Below the pieces are notes generated by a model. That model saw only the letters and a list, made by a program, of their open reading frames with translations, did not search any database and had not been told where the DNA came from. DNA of 17,624 nucleotides from Promethearchaeota archaeon (lineage in GTDB: Archaea > Asgardarchaeota > Lokiarchaeia > Sigyniarchaeales > SOKP01): NCBI GenBank assembly GCA_048940645.1, contig JBHLOI010000033.1:22121-39744 (forward strand). The letters are read 5' to 3'. The position numbers and the translations under genes are program-made. This document shows, one piece after another, positions 1 through 8,284 of this stretch (positions are counted from its first letter, which is position 1; every line of letters starts with the position of its first letter).

Positions 1-15
1 TTTATAATGTTAAAC

Positions 16-795
16 TTAATTAGTAGAAAATTTATCTTTAATAATTTCATACACTGGTGGCATTACTAACTTATGTTCTGCTTTTTTCATCATTTCTTTA
101 ACTTTATTAACATTATCCAAATTTAATCCTTCAAATCCTAAATTATAGTCCATTCTATATAATATTTCATCAATAGTATTGTATATTAAACCTATTTCTC
201 CCTCATCAGTTTGACCGGGCCATAAGCCAGGTGAGGGAGGTTTCTCAATAATTTTTTTAGGGATATCAAGAACTTTGGCAAGTTCTCTTACTTCAGATTT
301 ATAGAGCATTCCCAAAGGTTCAAAATCAACTCCCCCATCTCCATACTTAGTAAAGTAACCAATAGCTAATTCAGCTCTATTTCCTGTGCCAGCCACTAGA
401 TACTTTCCCAAAGATTGACCCGCATAATATAAAGCAATCATTCTTAACCGAGGTTTAATATTAGCATTTGATATCGTATTAGGTTTTATGATTGGGGCAA
501 ATAATTCTAAAAATTGGTTATAAGGTTTTGTTAAGTCAATGATTATAAATTCAATTCCTAAATGTCGAGCAACTAATTTAGCATCCTCAAGATCTTTGAT
601 TGTTGATTCACATGGTAATCCTAATCCTATTACTTTTTTTTTTCCCATCGCATTAACACATAAAGATGCAGTAACAGAACTATCAATTCCTCCACTTAAA
701 CCCACAACAACCCCATCAGCATTAGCAGAGTCTATATAATTTTTTATCCAATTTTGAATATCTATACTTAAATTTTTAAAATCTAGTGTTCGCAT
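16..795 (-). CDS. nadE: NH3-dependent NAD+ synthetase
   Basis: PP-loop GLSGGIDS, N-x-K-x-R-x-RM (NIKPRLRM), GTGNRAE, GYFTKYGDGG, PSPGLWPGQTDE; 259 aa, no glutaminase domain. Confidence 0.96.
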   Translation of the reverse strand: MRTLDFKNLSIDIQNWIKNYIDSANADGVVVGLSGGIDSSVTASLCVNAMGKKKVIGLGLPCESTIKDLEDAKLVARHLGIEFIIIDLTKPYNQFLELFAPIIKPNTISNANIKPRLRMIALYYAGQSLGKYLVAGTGNRAELAIGYFTKYGDGGVDFEPLGMLYKSEVRELAKVLDIPKKIIEKPPSPGLWPGQTDEGEIGLIYNTIDEILYRMDYNLGFEGLNLDNVNKVKEMMKKAEHKLVMPPVYEIIKDKFSTN

Positions 796-932
796 ATTTG
801 ATCTTATTTTCCTTTATATTAAAAACTCATTTATAAAAAAGTGGAAAAGAAAAGATTAAAATAAGAAATTTAAAATTATAAAATTAAAATTGGATTTTTA
901 ACTATTCTATTCAAGGATTATTTAAATTTAGT

Positions 933-1367
933 TTGAAAAAATTGAGCAACATGAGCGAAGAATTTAAACAAATTGTAGATACATCCTATAATAATGGAAC
1001 TCCTTTATGGCTTTATACAAGTGATTATATTTTCGGTATGATACCCACCGATTCAAGTGGTGCTCGCTGGACAGAGGTTTCATATACATTTGAAGATCCT
1101 GATCAACCACTAATAAAAACAGAAAGAAATGCGGATTTATCTTATCAGTTTCTCCTTGAAGAAGTAGAAAAAGGAGTTTCTTTCTATATTGAAGATTTAA
1201 ACGTTCTTTCATTAAAAGAATTCGCCTTAACTCTTGAAGGAAAATCAGGACCGGAAAAAATGAGTATAATAATAGCAGAATTAATTAATAACTCTTCTAA
1301 ATATTCTGCAAATTTTCCTATAATTAAAAGTAAAGATGATCTAGTAAGATTAAAAGAAAAAGTGTAA
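933..1367 (+). CDS. Hypothetical protein (likely true start ATG at 951)
   Basis: 144-codon ORF with globular, acidic composition, divergent from nadE; no family motif recognised. Confidence 0.75.
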   Translation: MKKLSNMSEEFKQIVDTSYNNGTPLWLYTSDYIFGMIPTDSSGARWTEVSYTFEDPDQPLIKTERNADLSYQFLLEEVEKGVSFYIEDLNVLSLKEFALTLEGKSGPEKMSIIIAELINNSSKYSANFPIIKSKDDLVRLKEKV

Positions 1368-1419
1368 AAATCTTCTGAAACTACTTCGATTTTTAAATTT
1401 TAGAATAATTATCTAATAA

Positions 1420-1911
1420 TTAGATATATAAGTTCTTTCTTTGTGGATGTTTTTTAGTGAATTCCTCATCAACTCTTCTTGCGAGCTGATACCCTAAATT
1501 CGGATTATTCTCATGGATAACTTTCTTGAGATGATCACCATGTTGTTGGGAATATTTTTCAATACCTGCCGCAATAATGTTTTGATCCTGTTTAACAGGG
1601 ACAATCATGCCAAACAAGCGAAGCATATCATTAGGAGACATTTTTTTTCCTATCTTTTCATCGATATCCTTATCAATATTACGGGCTAATGATCCCATTG
1701 TTAGAGATGAATAAGGATTTAGCATTTTTGATTTTAGCCAATAAGCATCAGGTTTTTTCGTAATAAATGTATCTGTATTTCCGTGTTTATCACTTGATCC
1801 TATGATTCTCCATCCTTTAGGACTCTTATCATAGTCCTTTTTCATTTTTTTTATAATAGTCTTTATTGGAGCAACTCCCTGATAATCTTTTCCTTCTTCT
1901 TTTTCAGTCAT
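1420..1911 (-). CDS. Conserved archaeal hypothetical protein
   Basis: 163 aa. The P-x-GW-R, LKS...NPY, ARNID and C-terminal LxxRxDEEFxxxHPxRxxxY pattern resembles an uncharacterised family I recall from haloarchaea and methanogens (not verified). Confidence 0.8.
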   Translation of the reverse strand: MTEKEEGKDYQGVAPIKTIIKKMKKDYDKSPKGWRIIGSSDKHGNTDTFITKKPDAYWLKSKMLNPYSSLTMGSLARNIDKDIDEKIGKKMSPNDMLRLFGMIVPVKQDQNIIAAGIEKYSQQHGDHLKKVIHENNPNLGYQLARRVDEEFTKKHPQRKNLYI

Positions 1912-2037
1912 ATTTTCAAATCTTTAATATCGATAAAATTATAAAAAGATAAACAATAATCTCCATAATATATCTAGTGTTCATGAGTTAAATTCTTTAT
2001 TATAATTTCGTGATAAAACAAAATTGTCTTCTTAAGA

Positions 2038-3900
2038 ATGAGTCTTTTAGAGAATACTGATAAAATCAATGAATTATACAATTCAGTACTTAATGCTATT
2101 GAGTTCAATAATTATGATAATTTAAGAGAAAATTTAATTTTAATAACTGATATTGAAAGGAAATTTGAATCAAATTACAATAAGAAGAAGAAGGAAGGTG
2201 TTTTTTATACCCAAAAAGAGATTTCGGATTTTATTTTTTCTGAAGCCTTAATTTCATTACTCAATAATGAATTTGAAAATCTGAAACTTGGAAGGATTGA
2301 TGAGATTTTCTCATTAAATTTAAATCTTCAGAATAAAATTAAAAAAATCTTACTAGGTATTAGAATTTGTGATCCCGCATGTGGTTCTGGAGTGTTCCTT
2401 CTTAGTGCGGCTTCTATAATTCATAAATTAATGAAAAAATTGAATTATGACAAATCTCCTATTGAACTTAAATTAAAAATTATAAACAACCTCTATGGGT
2501 TTGAAATTAATGATTCTGCAATTAAGCTAAGTAAATTAAATCTCATAAATTGGTATTATCATGAAAATCCCGCAAAACTAAAAGAATTATTAGCAGTTTT
2601 AAATTCGAACCTAAAACAACAAAATAGTTTAATTACTACTAAAACCTCTAATTTCGATATTATTATAGGAAATCCGCCATACGGCAATATTCTGAGAAGT
2701 ATTCATAAAGATTTTCTGAAAAAAGAGGAAATCTTTTATAATGATATTTATTGCGCTTTCATTTTAAAAGCAATTGAGTGGACAGAAAGAATTATAGCTT
2801 TTTTGGTTCCAAAAAGTTTTCTTATAAGACAAGGATATATCAAATTTAGAAATAATCTATTATCCAAATCTAATCTTTTAAAAATTTATGATATTGGCCC
2901 CAATCTTTTTAAAAAAGCCACTAATGAAGTCCAAATAGTGATATATGAGAAAAAAAGGAATCTGTCCAAAGATTTAAGAGTTTACAAATACCCTAATAAA
3001 GAAATTACATCTTATAAGGATCAAAAAGTAGATTCTCTAAGAATTTGTTTTAATGATAGATGTAATTTAAATGACAAAATTAAAAAAATTTTTACCTATT
3101 CCTTTCAGGAATTTTGTCCTTATTGTAATTCTGAAACTGTATCAATGAACAGGATTAGAATTAAAGCAAATCAGGAAATATTAACACTAATTGACAAAAT
3201 AGAAAATATTGGAGATCTAAATTATTTAAATATCAAGGATTTTCCAATGATGATTCGAGGTGAAGAAGCAAAGGGCCTAAAGAAAGTGAGAAAATTAATT
3301 AAAAATAATCTTGATGGATCTTGTATATTTATTAATGCAAAAGAGGATTTGACATATTTCTATTTTAAAAAGACAAAATCTTTTAACATTGATAGGATAA
3401 ATGCTGAAATATTAAAGGGTAACAGTTATGAATATTATATTAATCCAAAATTACTTCTTAAGCATAATAACATTTATCCTCAAGCAGTTTTTACAAAAGA
3501 AAATGTTTGCTTCACATCTTCAATTTATTCACTTCTTCACGCTGATTATGATGAATTAAAATATTTATGCGCCATTTTGAATTCAATTTTAATGCAATTT
3601 TATTGTAGATATGCAATAAATAATCAAAGAGATACTACAATTAATTTAAATCAGTATATGATAAGGCATCTCCCAATTATTCATTGCCAAAAAGATTCAA
3701 AACAAAAAATTATAGATAAAGTTGATAATATTTCTAAATTTCTCTTTCGAAGTAATGGAAAATTAATAAACAAAACTAAACAGCTTGTAAAAGAAATTGA
3801 TAATCTAGTTTTCGGATTATATTCAATTACAGATCAGGAAAAAAAGACAATAATATCCATCATAAAGGAACAAATAGATTTTTTTAGGAATATTTATTGA
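2038..3900 (+). CDS. N6-adenine (amino) DNA methyltransferase, gamma class, with TaqI-like C-terminal specificity domain
   Basis: GVFYT motif X, DPACGSGVFL motif I, GFEIN motif II, IIGNPPYG motif IV; C-terminal YLCAILNS...IRHLPI...IDNLVFGLY typical of TaqI_C/Eco57I-like enzymes. Confidence 0.9.
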   Translation: MSLLENTDKINELYNSVLNAIEFNNYDNLRENLILITDIERKFESNYNKKKKEGVFYTQKEISDFIFSEALISLLNNEFENLKLGRIDEIFSLNLNLQNKIKKILLGIRICDPACGSGVFLLSAASIIHKLMKKLNYDKSPIELKLKIINNLYGFEINDSAIKLSKLNLINWYYHENPAKLKELLAVLNSNLKQQNSLITTKTSNFDIIIGNPPYGNILRSIHKDFLKKEEIFYNDIYCAFILKAIEWTERIIAFLVPKSFLIRQGYIKFRNNLLSKSNLLKIYDIGPNLFKKATNEVQIVIYEKKRNLSKDLRVYKYPNKEITSYKDQKVDSLRICFNDRCNLNDKIKKIFTYSFQEFCPYCNSETVSMNRIRIKANQEILTLIDKIENIGDLNYLNIKDFPMMIRGEEAKGLKKVRKLIKNNLDGSCIFINAKEDLTYFYFKKTKSFNIDRINAEILKGNSYEYYINPKLLLKHNNIYPQAVFTKENVCFTSSIYSLLHADYDELKYLCAILNSILMQFYCRYAINNQRDTTINLNQYMIRHLPIIHCQKDSKQKIIDKVDNISKFLFRSNGKLINKTKQLVKEIDNLVFGLYSITDQEKKTIISIIKEQIDFFRNIY

Positions 3901-3916
3901 CTTATAGAAAGATCTA

Positions 3917-4945
3917 TTATTCCAAAGTAAGATGAAAATCACAGATTTTGTTTCCCATTCCTATAAATTTCTCACGTTTTAAAACAATTTTAGGATTGAA
4001 TGTTTTTATTGCAGGAATAAGATAAGATATGCACATATCTTTACATATCAAGGAAATTCTTTTATGCCACTCCGTATTATGTTTCATAGCGTCAATATGA
4101 GGGCATTTAACTATATTTATTATTGTCTCCGTTTCAGTTTTTTTAACTATCTCATGTTTATTACCTTCAGAATTCCAAATAAAAGAAAGAACTTTAGTGA
4201 GATCTTTAAGAGAATTACCTTGAATATTAAGATATTTAATAATTCTTCTAAATATGATTCCATATAGTTTTTGCCACACCATAGTATCTATTTTCAATGC
4301 AGTTTCAAAATTAATTTGATTTTCAACTTCAATTATCCATAATCTGTCGAGCGTTCTGAAATTATTTTCGAAATAAATTAATTTATCTTTATTATTCAAG
4401 CTCTTTTTAGATAATCCTTTTGCTTTAGGTAATTTTGAGGGAGAACCCCCTTTCTGACTAAATATGAAATTACATTTAATATCTCCTAATCCTTTATATC
4501 TAGATCTTTTTATTTCTATTTTGTTATTAAATTTATTAGTTATAGATTCATATAAAGGAATACAAACATCTTTGCAAATTAATGGAATCTTGTCATGACG
4601 ATCGGGATTTCGATCCATTGCAGCGTAATAAGGACAATTTTTGATATTAACTTCGATAGTATCCTGATCTCTAATTGCTAACTCGTAATTCCAACCCTCA
4701 ATTGACCACCTAAAAGTTAAAATTTTAATAAAGTCTATTAAATTCTCTCCTTTTATATTTAGATATTTTTTAAGTCTGAGAAAAATAATTTTTAGCAATT
4801 CTTTCCAGACAACTAAATCAATATTTAATGCGGTTTCCCAATTTGTCTCTCTCTCAGTTTCAACCATCCAAAGGCCATCTAGGGTAAAAAAATTCCTTTC
4901 AAAAAAGAAGAGTCTATCCTGAATAGATAAGGGTTTCAATATCAA
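3917..4945 (-). CDS. Tandem DUF6125-like (V4R/ATC-hydrolase-like) domain protein
   Basis: Two homologous halves: FFTLDGLWMVETE...ETALNIDLVVW and FRTLDRLWIIEVE...ETALKIDTMVW, each with CP...LICKDxC...C. TTG start at 4945 or 4939. Confidence 0.8.
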   Translation of the reverse strand: MILKPLSIQDRLFFFERNFFTLDGLWMVETERETNWETALNIDLVVWKELLKIIFLRLKKYLNIKGENLIDFIKILTFRWSIEGWNYELAIRDQDTIEVNIKNCPYYAAMDRNPDRHDKIPLICKDVCIPLYESITNKFNNKIEIKRSRYKGLGDIKCNFIFSQKGGSPSKLPKAKGLSKKSLNNKDKLIYFENNFRTLDRLWIIEVENQINFETALKIDTMVWQKLYGIIFRRIIKYLNIQGNSLKDLTKVLSFIWNSEGNKHEIVKKTETETIINIVKCPHIDAMKHNTEWHKRISLICKDMCISYLIPAIKTFNPKIVLKREKFIGMGNKICDFHLTLE

Positions 4946-5162
4946 ATCCTAATTAATTGGCTATAATTATAAATAATGAAATGTTGCAATATTATATATA
5001 GTATCAACATCGAATATATTTTTGATAACTACACTGGTATGTTCTTTTTCTTTTAGTCTTTTAACTCTATATACTAATCCTTACTTTCTTATAAATTAAT
5101 AATATTTCTATAATTAATAAGATACATCTTTTGTATTTCATAATGTTTAAATAGAAAGATTA

Positions 5163-5187
5163 TTTTATATAAATTAGACACGCCTAA
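5163..5187 (+). promoter_or_regulatory. TATA box followed by a DtxR/MntR-like palindromic operator upstream of the ZIP transporter
   Basis: TTTTATATAAA (5163-5173) with a purine-rich BRE-like stretch upstream, immediately followed by TTAGAC-AC-GCCTAA (5174-5187), which matches TTAGRC-N2-GYCTAA. Confidence 0.6.
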
Positions 5188-5313
5188 AAAAACTTTATTT
5201 TTTATTGTTATTAAAATGATATACTCAATTTAACTCGTTGCGTTACTTCAGAATTTTGTTAATAATTTTATTAGCTGTATATTGATTAGAAAAAGAATAA
5301 ATTTAAAAGAAAA

Positions 5314-6174
5314 ATGGATCAAATTTTATTTGCTCTTTTATTGAGTTTGTTAGCAGGAGTATCAACCTCCATAGGAAGCTTTATCTCATTTTTTATGAAA
5401 AATCCTAATCCAAAATTTATATCATTTATTATGGGATTTTCTGCAGGAGTAATGATTTTGATATCATTTGTTGAACTGCTTCAAGAAAGTATTAAAGGAA
5501 TTGGGCTTTCAATGGGAGAAAACATAGGTCTTTTACTTGGGTTGTTATTTTTCTTCTTAGGAATGATAATAATGTTTCTTATTGATATCCTAATTTCCCA
5601 TGAATATGAATTTGAAGACTCTGTAGAATTTCTTTTAAATAATCAAACTGGTGAAAGTAAGCCTCATCTTCATTATGGGCACCGTCATCGTCGAAGAAAT
5701 CATCACCGTGGCGAAAAGAGAAAAATAAATTTAGTAAAAACCTCTTTATTTATCTTTTTTGGAGTATTTATTCATAATTTCCCTGAGGGTATGGCAACTT
5801 TTATAGGAACTATAAAAAATATTGAACTTGGGATTCTATTGACTATCGCCATAGCATTGCATAATATCCCAGAGGGAATTGCTGTAGCAGTCCCTATTTA
5901 TGCCTCTACATTGAATAAAAAGAAGGCATTTAAATGGTCTTTCATCTCTGGAATGAGCGAACCCTTAGGTGCAATTATAACTTGGTTAATTCTTTTTCCA
6001 TTCATTAGTGATATGGTATTGAGTGCTATGCTAGGAGTAGTAGGTGGAATTATGATTTACATATCATTAGATGAATTACTACCTGTTTCTCGTTCATTAG
6101 CTAAAGAACATTATTCTATTTTAGGAATTATTGGTGGGATGTTTATCATGGCTATAAGCTTAGTAATATTATAA
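5314..6174 (+). CDS. zupT: ZIP-family divalent metal transporter (ZupT/GufA-like)
   Basis: GFSAGVM, HNFPEG and HNIPEG metal-binding motifs, SGMSEPLG, ISLDELLP; about 8 TM segments; His-rich cytoplasmic loop. Confidence 0.93.
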   Translation: MDQILFALLLSLLAGVSTSIGSFISFFMKNPNPKFISFIMGFSAGVMILISFVELLQESIKGIGLSMGENIGLLLGLLFFFLGMIIMFLIDILISHEYEFEDSVEFLLNNQTGESKPHLHYGHRHRRRNHHRGEKRKINLVKTSLFIFFGVFIHNFPEGMATFIGTIKNIELGILLTIAIALHNIPEGIAVAVPIYASTLNKKKAFKWSFISGMSEPLGAIITWLILFPFISDMVLSAMLGVVGGIMIYISLDELLPVSRSLAKEHYSILGIIGGMFIMAISLVIL

Positions 6175-6198
6175 AAACATATTTCGATTTAGGAATCT

Positions 6199-7059
6199 CT
6201 AAGATATATTGAATATACGTTTCGCATTATTATAAAAAATATTTTCATAAAATTTTCTTGGTAAATCGAAGCTAAGAAGTCCTTTAGTAGAATTAGTATA
6301 TTCATATGGAATGTTTGGATAATCTGAACCAAATAATATTCTATCCTGGTAAGATAACAAAGTCTCAGGTTTAGGGCGCTTAGACTCTCGCTCTGGAAAT
6401 ATATTATCAGGTATGTAAATCATAGCAGTATCCAAATATAGATTTTCATGTTGATCCAAAAGATTAATAAATTTTTTATACTCAAAAGCTCCCATATGGG
6501 CAACGATAATGTTCATATTAGGATATCGTGTCAAAAAATTTACAAAATTTTTATATCCTACGTATTCATTGCGATATGGAGCCGTACCTATGTGAACAGC
6601 TAACCATTTGCCTTTATCAATAATTAAATCATAAATTTGATACATACGTTTATCATTAAGATGGAACATCTGAACTAAAGGTTGAATTTTTATTCCAAAA
6701 AAATTATATTCATCAAATATTTTCGTAATATATTCAATTCGATCGTCATCATCTGGCCAAACAGATCCAAATGGAATCACATTTACATAATTCTTCTTAA
6801 ACTTATAAGTCCACTCATTAATATAATTTGCTATATTTTCTTTGTGAGCATAATTATAGGAAGTATAAAATTTTACATTTTTTTTCTTGAGTAAATTTAC
6901 TAGTTCATTTGTAGGTAATTTATAGCTAATTGGCCATCCACTAATTTTATCCTCATCATCTCGCCTTTCAAAAAATTCCCATATTGCCTTAAATATTTGG
7001 GATGGAAAAAAGTGACAATGTACATCAATATACTCAAAATCATAATGCGAAAATGTCAT
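6199..7059 (-). CDS. Metal-dependent amidohydrolase (amidohydrolase_2 TIM-barrel family)
   Basis: IDVHCH, GIKIQP, VHIG, IVAHMG, YLDTA, ILFGSDYP, NAKRIF. Confidence 0.92.
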   Translation of the reverse strand: MTFSHYDFEYIDVHCHFFPSQIFKAIWEFFERRDDEDKISGWPISYKLPTNELVNLLKKKNVKFYTSYNYAHKENIANYINEWTYKFKKNYVNVIPFGSVWPDDDDRIEYITKIFDEYNFFGIKIQPLVQMFHLNDKRMYQIYDLIIDKGKWLAVHIGTAPYRNEYVGYKNFVNFLTRYPNMNIIVAHMGAFEYKKFINLLDQHENLYLDTAMIYIPDNIFPERESKRPKPETLLSYQDRILFGSDYPNIPYEYTNSTKGLLSFDLPRKFYENIFYNNAKRIFNIS

Positions 7060-7096
7060 CTGTAAAATAAAATATACTTTTTAATATTAATTTAAT

Positions 7097-8062
7097 CTAG
7101 ATTGACAATAAATTTATTATCAAAAAAATGACAAGAATTATTGCCAAAAAAATTGCATCGGGCTTTCCCATTTCTTTCTTATAAGCTTTAAATTGGAAAA
7201 ATATTATTAAAACTAGGAGAATTATCCAATTTAAAATAAGAATTAGCAAAAATTGAATGTTGATAGCTATTATAGCACTAATACCATAAGTTAAAGATAA
7301 ATTCCATATCACCTTGCCAATCATACCACCTAATCCTATTTCTATACTTTTTTTTTTAATTGATTTGAATATCAATGTCAATTCTTCCACATTTGTTACA
7401 AAAGCAATTATAATAAATCCGAAAAACTCTTCAGCTATATTAGTTAAATTAATTATATTTTCTGCTGAAAAAATAAGTAATTCTCCACCTAAAATTATAA
7501 ATAATAAACTAAGTAAAACCCAAACAACTTTTTTAAATTTTGATACTTTCCCAAATTCAAATTTTTCTCTCTCTTCTATAATTTCATCAATCTCAACAAC
7601 TTCTACTGTTCCCTTTTTAGAGACATCTTTTAAAGATTTAAAAATATAAAGGAGATATAATATAAGGGTAATAATCCCAAAAATGAATAAACCAAACTGA
7701 AAAGTGAAGCTAAATATTATAGCAATCATACATGCATATAAAATTAAAAAGTAAAATTTTGAGATTGCTTTCAATTCTATTCTATAAAAAAAGGCAGCTA
7801 AAGCGAAACATAAAGATAAGGAAAATATTGAATTTCCAATTACATTCCCTACTGCTATAAATGGAAGTCCGTTAATAGCTGCTATTATGGAAGCTATTGA
7901 TTCTTCAGGATCAATTCCAAGTACTAATAATCCAATAATAAAGGGAGATAAATTAAAAATTAAGCATAAATCTTTTAAATTATCTAGAAAGACATCTGCC
8001 GCAAAAAATATTGTAAAATAGCCCCCTACAAACACGAGTAACCAAAATAATATCTCCCACAT
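7097..8062 (-). CDS. CaCA-family cation/Ca2+ antiporter (YrbG/NCX-like) with divergent alpha repeats
   Basis: Two 5-TM halves joined by an acidic loop; LSPFIIGLLVLGIDPEE, AVGNVIGNS, FFGFIIIAFVTNVEEL. Confidence 0.85.
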   Translation of the reverse strand: MWEILFWLLVFVGGYFTIFFAADVFLDNLKDLCLIFNLSPFIIGLLVLGIDPEESIASIIAAINGLPFIAVGNVIGNSIFSLSLCFALAAFFYRIELKAISKFYFLILYACMIAIIFSFTFQFGLFIFGIITLILYLLYIFKSLKDVSKKGTVEVVEIDEIIEEREKFEFGKVSKFKKVVWVLLSLLFIILGGELLIFSAENIINLTNIAEEFFGFIIIAFVTNVEELTLIFKSIKKKSIEIGLGGMIGKVIWNLSLTYGISAIIAINIQFLLILILNWIILLVLIIFFQFKAYKKEMGKPDAIFLAIILVIFLIINLLSI

Positions 8063-8284
8063 AGTTATAATAATATTTTGTATTTTTTATAAAAAATTCA
8101 TATTGTAAAAATCAAAAAATCTCGAATAAAAATAGGTATAACTTCTAGCTGACAATATTGCTTTCGAGAAATTTCACAATTTAGAACTCAAGATAAATAT
8201 AAAAAAAGATATAATTAATAAAATCAACTAAATATAGAATTAATTAAAAAATTAAATTGTTAAAAGTATTATATAAAAATTTAT

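Noticed and set aside
539-739. 66-aa + strand ORF
   Set aside because: Antisense shadow of nadE, with no independent motif
964-1212. 82-aa minus-strand ORF
   Set aside because: Lies wholly antisense within the longer, more protein-like 933-1367 ORF
1373-1405. Weak inverted repeat TTCTGAAA/TTTTAGAA between convergent genes
   Set aside because: 8-bp AT-rich stem with a long loop; expected by chance
933-4945. Complete restriction-modification or BREX/DISARM defence island around the methyltransferase
   Set aside because: No nuclease, helicase, ATPase or PglZ motifs in neighbouring genes, and the neighbours are not co-oriented as an operon
4064-7649. Short ORFs 4064-4267, 6682-6894 and 7314-7649
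   Set aside because: Antisense shadows of well-supported genes, with low-complexity AT-driven composition
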